Positions 61,309-64,000 of a DNA stretch of 64,000 nucleotides are shown one piece after another; position 1 is the first letter of the stretch, and the number at the start of each line of letters is the position of its first letter. Both the position numbers and the translations under genes were made by a program. This DNA is from Octopus sinensis (lineage: Eukaryota). Below the pieces are notes generated by a model. It was not told the origin of the DNA and searched no databases. It saw only the letters and a program-made list of their open reading frames with translations. Location of the stretch: NCBI RefSeq assembly GCF_006345805.1, contig NC_042997.1, positions 50,964,001 through 51,028,000 of the forward strand. Direction: 5' to 3'.

Positions 61309-62582
61309 GGGCTGCAAGCTGGCAGAATTGTTAGCACGCCGAGTGAAATGCTTAGCAGGATTTCGTCTGCCGCTACATTCTGGGTTCAGATTACGCCGAG
61401 GTCAACTTTGCCTTTCATCCTTTCTGGTCAATAAATTAATTACCAGTGAAACACTGGAAGGGTCAATGTAATCAACTACCCCGTACCCCAAATTTCAGAC
61501 CTTCTGCCAATAACAGAAAGGTTAATTATTATTATCATTCAGGCAGTGAGCTGGTAGAGTCATTAAGAGAGCAGAAAAATTGCTTAAGTAGCTTTTCTTT
61601 TGGCTTTAAGTTCTCAAACCAAATGCCACTGAGGTGAATTTCGCTTTTCATCCTTTCAGAGGAGCTAAAATAAGTATCATGACTAGCCTCCGTGCCGGTG
61701 GCACGTAAAAAGCATCATCCGATCGTGGCCATTGCCAGCTTCGTCCGGTCTCCGTGCCGGTGGCACGTAAAAAGCACCATCCAACCGTGGCCGTTTGCCA
61801 GCCTCGTCTGGCACCTGTGCCGGTGGCACGTAAAAAGCACCCACTACACTCACAGAGTGGTTGGCGTTAGGAAGGGCATCCAAATGTAGAAACACTGCCA
61901 GATCAGACTGGGCCCGGTGCAGCCTTCTGGCTTCCCAGACCCCCAGTTGAACCGTCCAACCCATGCTAGCATGGAAAGCAGACGTTAAACAATGATGATG
62001 ATGAGGATGATTGGCAAACTGGCAGAAAAGTTAGCACACTGGGCAAAATGCTTAGCAGCATTTCATCCATCCTTGTGCTTGGAGTTCAAATTCTGCCATG
62101 GTCGACCTCACCTTTCATCCCTTCATGGTCAATGAGATAAGTACCAATCAAACACTGGGATCAATGTAATTGACTAACCCCCTGGCCCCCAAAATTTCAA
62201 GCCTTATGCCTGTCATAGAAAGAATTATTATTATTGCTTCCGTTTTCTCCTGATTTCCTCTCAAAATCTCAAGGTTGTCATCATCATCATTGTTTAACAT
62301 CCGTTTTCCGTGCTAGCATGGGTTGGACGGTTCGACCTGGGCCTGGGGAGCCAGGAGGCTGCACCAGGCCCCAATCTGATCTGGCAGTGTTTCTACAGCT
62401 GCATGCCCTTCCTAACGCCAACCACTCCGTGAGTGTAGTGGGTACTTTTTATGTGTCACCGGCACAGGTGCCAAAGGAGGCTGGCAGCGGCCACGATCGG
62501 TTGGTGCTTTTTATGTGCCACCGGCACAGAAGCTAGTCAAGGCATTGCTGGCATCGGCCACATTCGGATGGTGCTTTTTGTG
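61308..62582. mobile_element. Cluster: SINE-A (61308-61530, 61560-61680, 62012-62225) and RTE 3' ends (+61681-62012, -62278-62582)
   Basis: Motifs as defined above. Confidence 0.85.
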
Positions 62583-63234
62583 TGTGCACTAATATAATAA
62601 ATAGAAGAGTAATTACATGCATAACAGATAACTGCAGTCATGACAAACACACACACATACATACATACAAACAAACAAACAAACACATATCCAACAGGAA
62701 ACAAGAATAAAATGCACCAGCATTCATATACAGGCCTGCTACATACAAACACACAAGAGATAAATATTAAAATAGACATTGAGGACAACAAACACACTTA
62801 ACAGTGACTAAAAATAACTTATTTCATTTGACATCAAAAGGTCAAAGCAAAGCTGTTTTATTTTGCATTAATATTTGCAATATACGTAGACTTTCGAATT
62901 GGTTGCTCTGCATCTCTCTTTGTCTCCACTAACACTTCTTCCTCTTTCTTCCCTATACTCTCTGTCACTTAATAAAATGTTCAATATTTGGTGTGTGTTC
63001 CACAGCCAGCAGACTGGATACTATAGGAAAGAGCTATAACAGTTTAATTTAATAACAAGCAAAATGCCTGGTTTATTTTTAAAGCAATATTACTCAATCT
63101 TCCATGGTAACAGCTGAGTAATATGTAAATAAATTTAAAAAACAAAACAAAAACAAATATAAAGTAAAAACATATAAATGGTAATATGTGCATGGCAGTA
63201 CACAAACATGAGTCTTATTAGACTTTTATTGCAG

Positions 63235-63631
63235 ACTAGCAGTATCGCCCGGCGTTGCTCGGGTTTGTAAGGGAAATAATTATATAAGCATTTTTAGAGA
63301 TGTAAAGTATAATAGCTATCTCAATATGGCTAACCACAAAGGGGGAGGGGTGTTACTGTAGCTTTTTACGTTCTGAGATTTAATAATAAATTTTAGAGAG
63401 TTACTTCCCTTATATATGTGAAAACTGGATTAAAAATGGGAAAAATTGATGGTAAATTTTTTTTTAAATCGTAGACTCATCGTAGACGCGCGCTAATACC
63501 CAGACGGGCTCGATGTGAATCACGACTATAAGATACCCGGTTTTGGTTAAACTGCACCGCAAAATGTGGGAGTAGTTAGGAATCTAAATCGTAGGAGACA
63601 GACACACAACCTCACTTTTATATATAAAGAT
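63235..63631 (+). mobile_element. Helitron/Helentron-like non-autonomous element
   Basis: Same termini and 3' body as 41346-41742. Confidence 0.8.
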
Positions 63632-63835
63632 TTCCTCTATTTACATAATATTGAGGTCTCTTTCTTTCTTTTGTTATCTTACTGTTTTTACCAATATACA
63701 TATATATATATAAATATATATATAGTTACAGAGATGTACTTGCATAGCAAGTGACTTGATCTGAGATCGTGTGCTGGAACGAAAACAGTTGCAGCGTTGA
63801 AGGTGTTTATAAGCCATTTAAGAAACACACAAAAA

Positions 63836-64000
63836 CCGTTAGATTCACTTCAACATTTAAATTTAATTTGTCAAAATATTTTCGTCGCTTTGAGACCGCG
63901 ACCTGTTAGCACGATATTTTTGTCAGTGAACAGGTCGCGGTCTCAAAGCGAGGAAAATATTTTGGCAAATTAAATTTAAATGTTGAAGTGAATCTAACGG
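63836..64000. repeat. Near-perfect palindrome (arms at least 72 bp, 21-nt loop) running off the window edge
   Basis: 63836-63907 is the reverse complement of 63929-64000 with 2 mismatches. Confidence 0.92.

Overview
Eukaryotic, AT-rich, repeat-dominated DNA with no host protein-coding exon that I can support. From memory, the SINE and LINE repertoire resembles Octopus (cephalopod) genomic repeats; this is not verified by any search. 6.3-29 kb is a pile of non-LTR retrotransposons embedded in (TA)n arrays: a head-to-head Penelope-like element (RT + GIY-YIG, with a promoter-bearing pseudo-LTR), four CR1/L2-group LINE subfamilies, and a 5'-truncated RTE LINE. One CR1/L2-group copy is apparently full length, with Myb/SANT-like and CCCH motifs in frame with the AP endonuclease. 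The RTE carries a PHD-type finger inside its RT region and a tandemly amplified 3' UTR. The rest of the window holds many tRNA-derived SINEs, RTE 3'-end fragments, a complete but disrupted DD34D mariner, Helitron/Helentron-like non-autonomous elements, piggyBac-type and fold-back MITEs, a CRE/NeSL-type endonuclease remnant and microsatellites. Three hammerhead-ribozyme-like motifs were found by eye (50367-50456 is the best). Most ORFs in the supplied track are microsatellite translations or antisense frames. SINE and fragment boundaries are approximate (about +/-20 bp).
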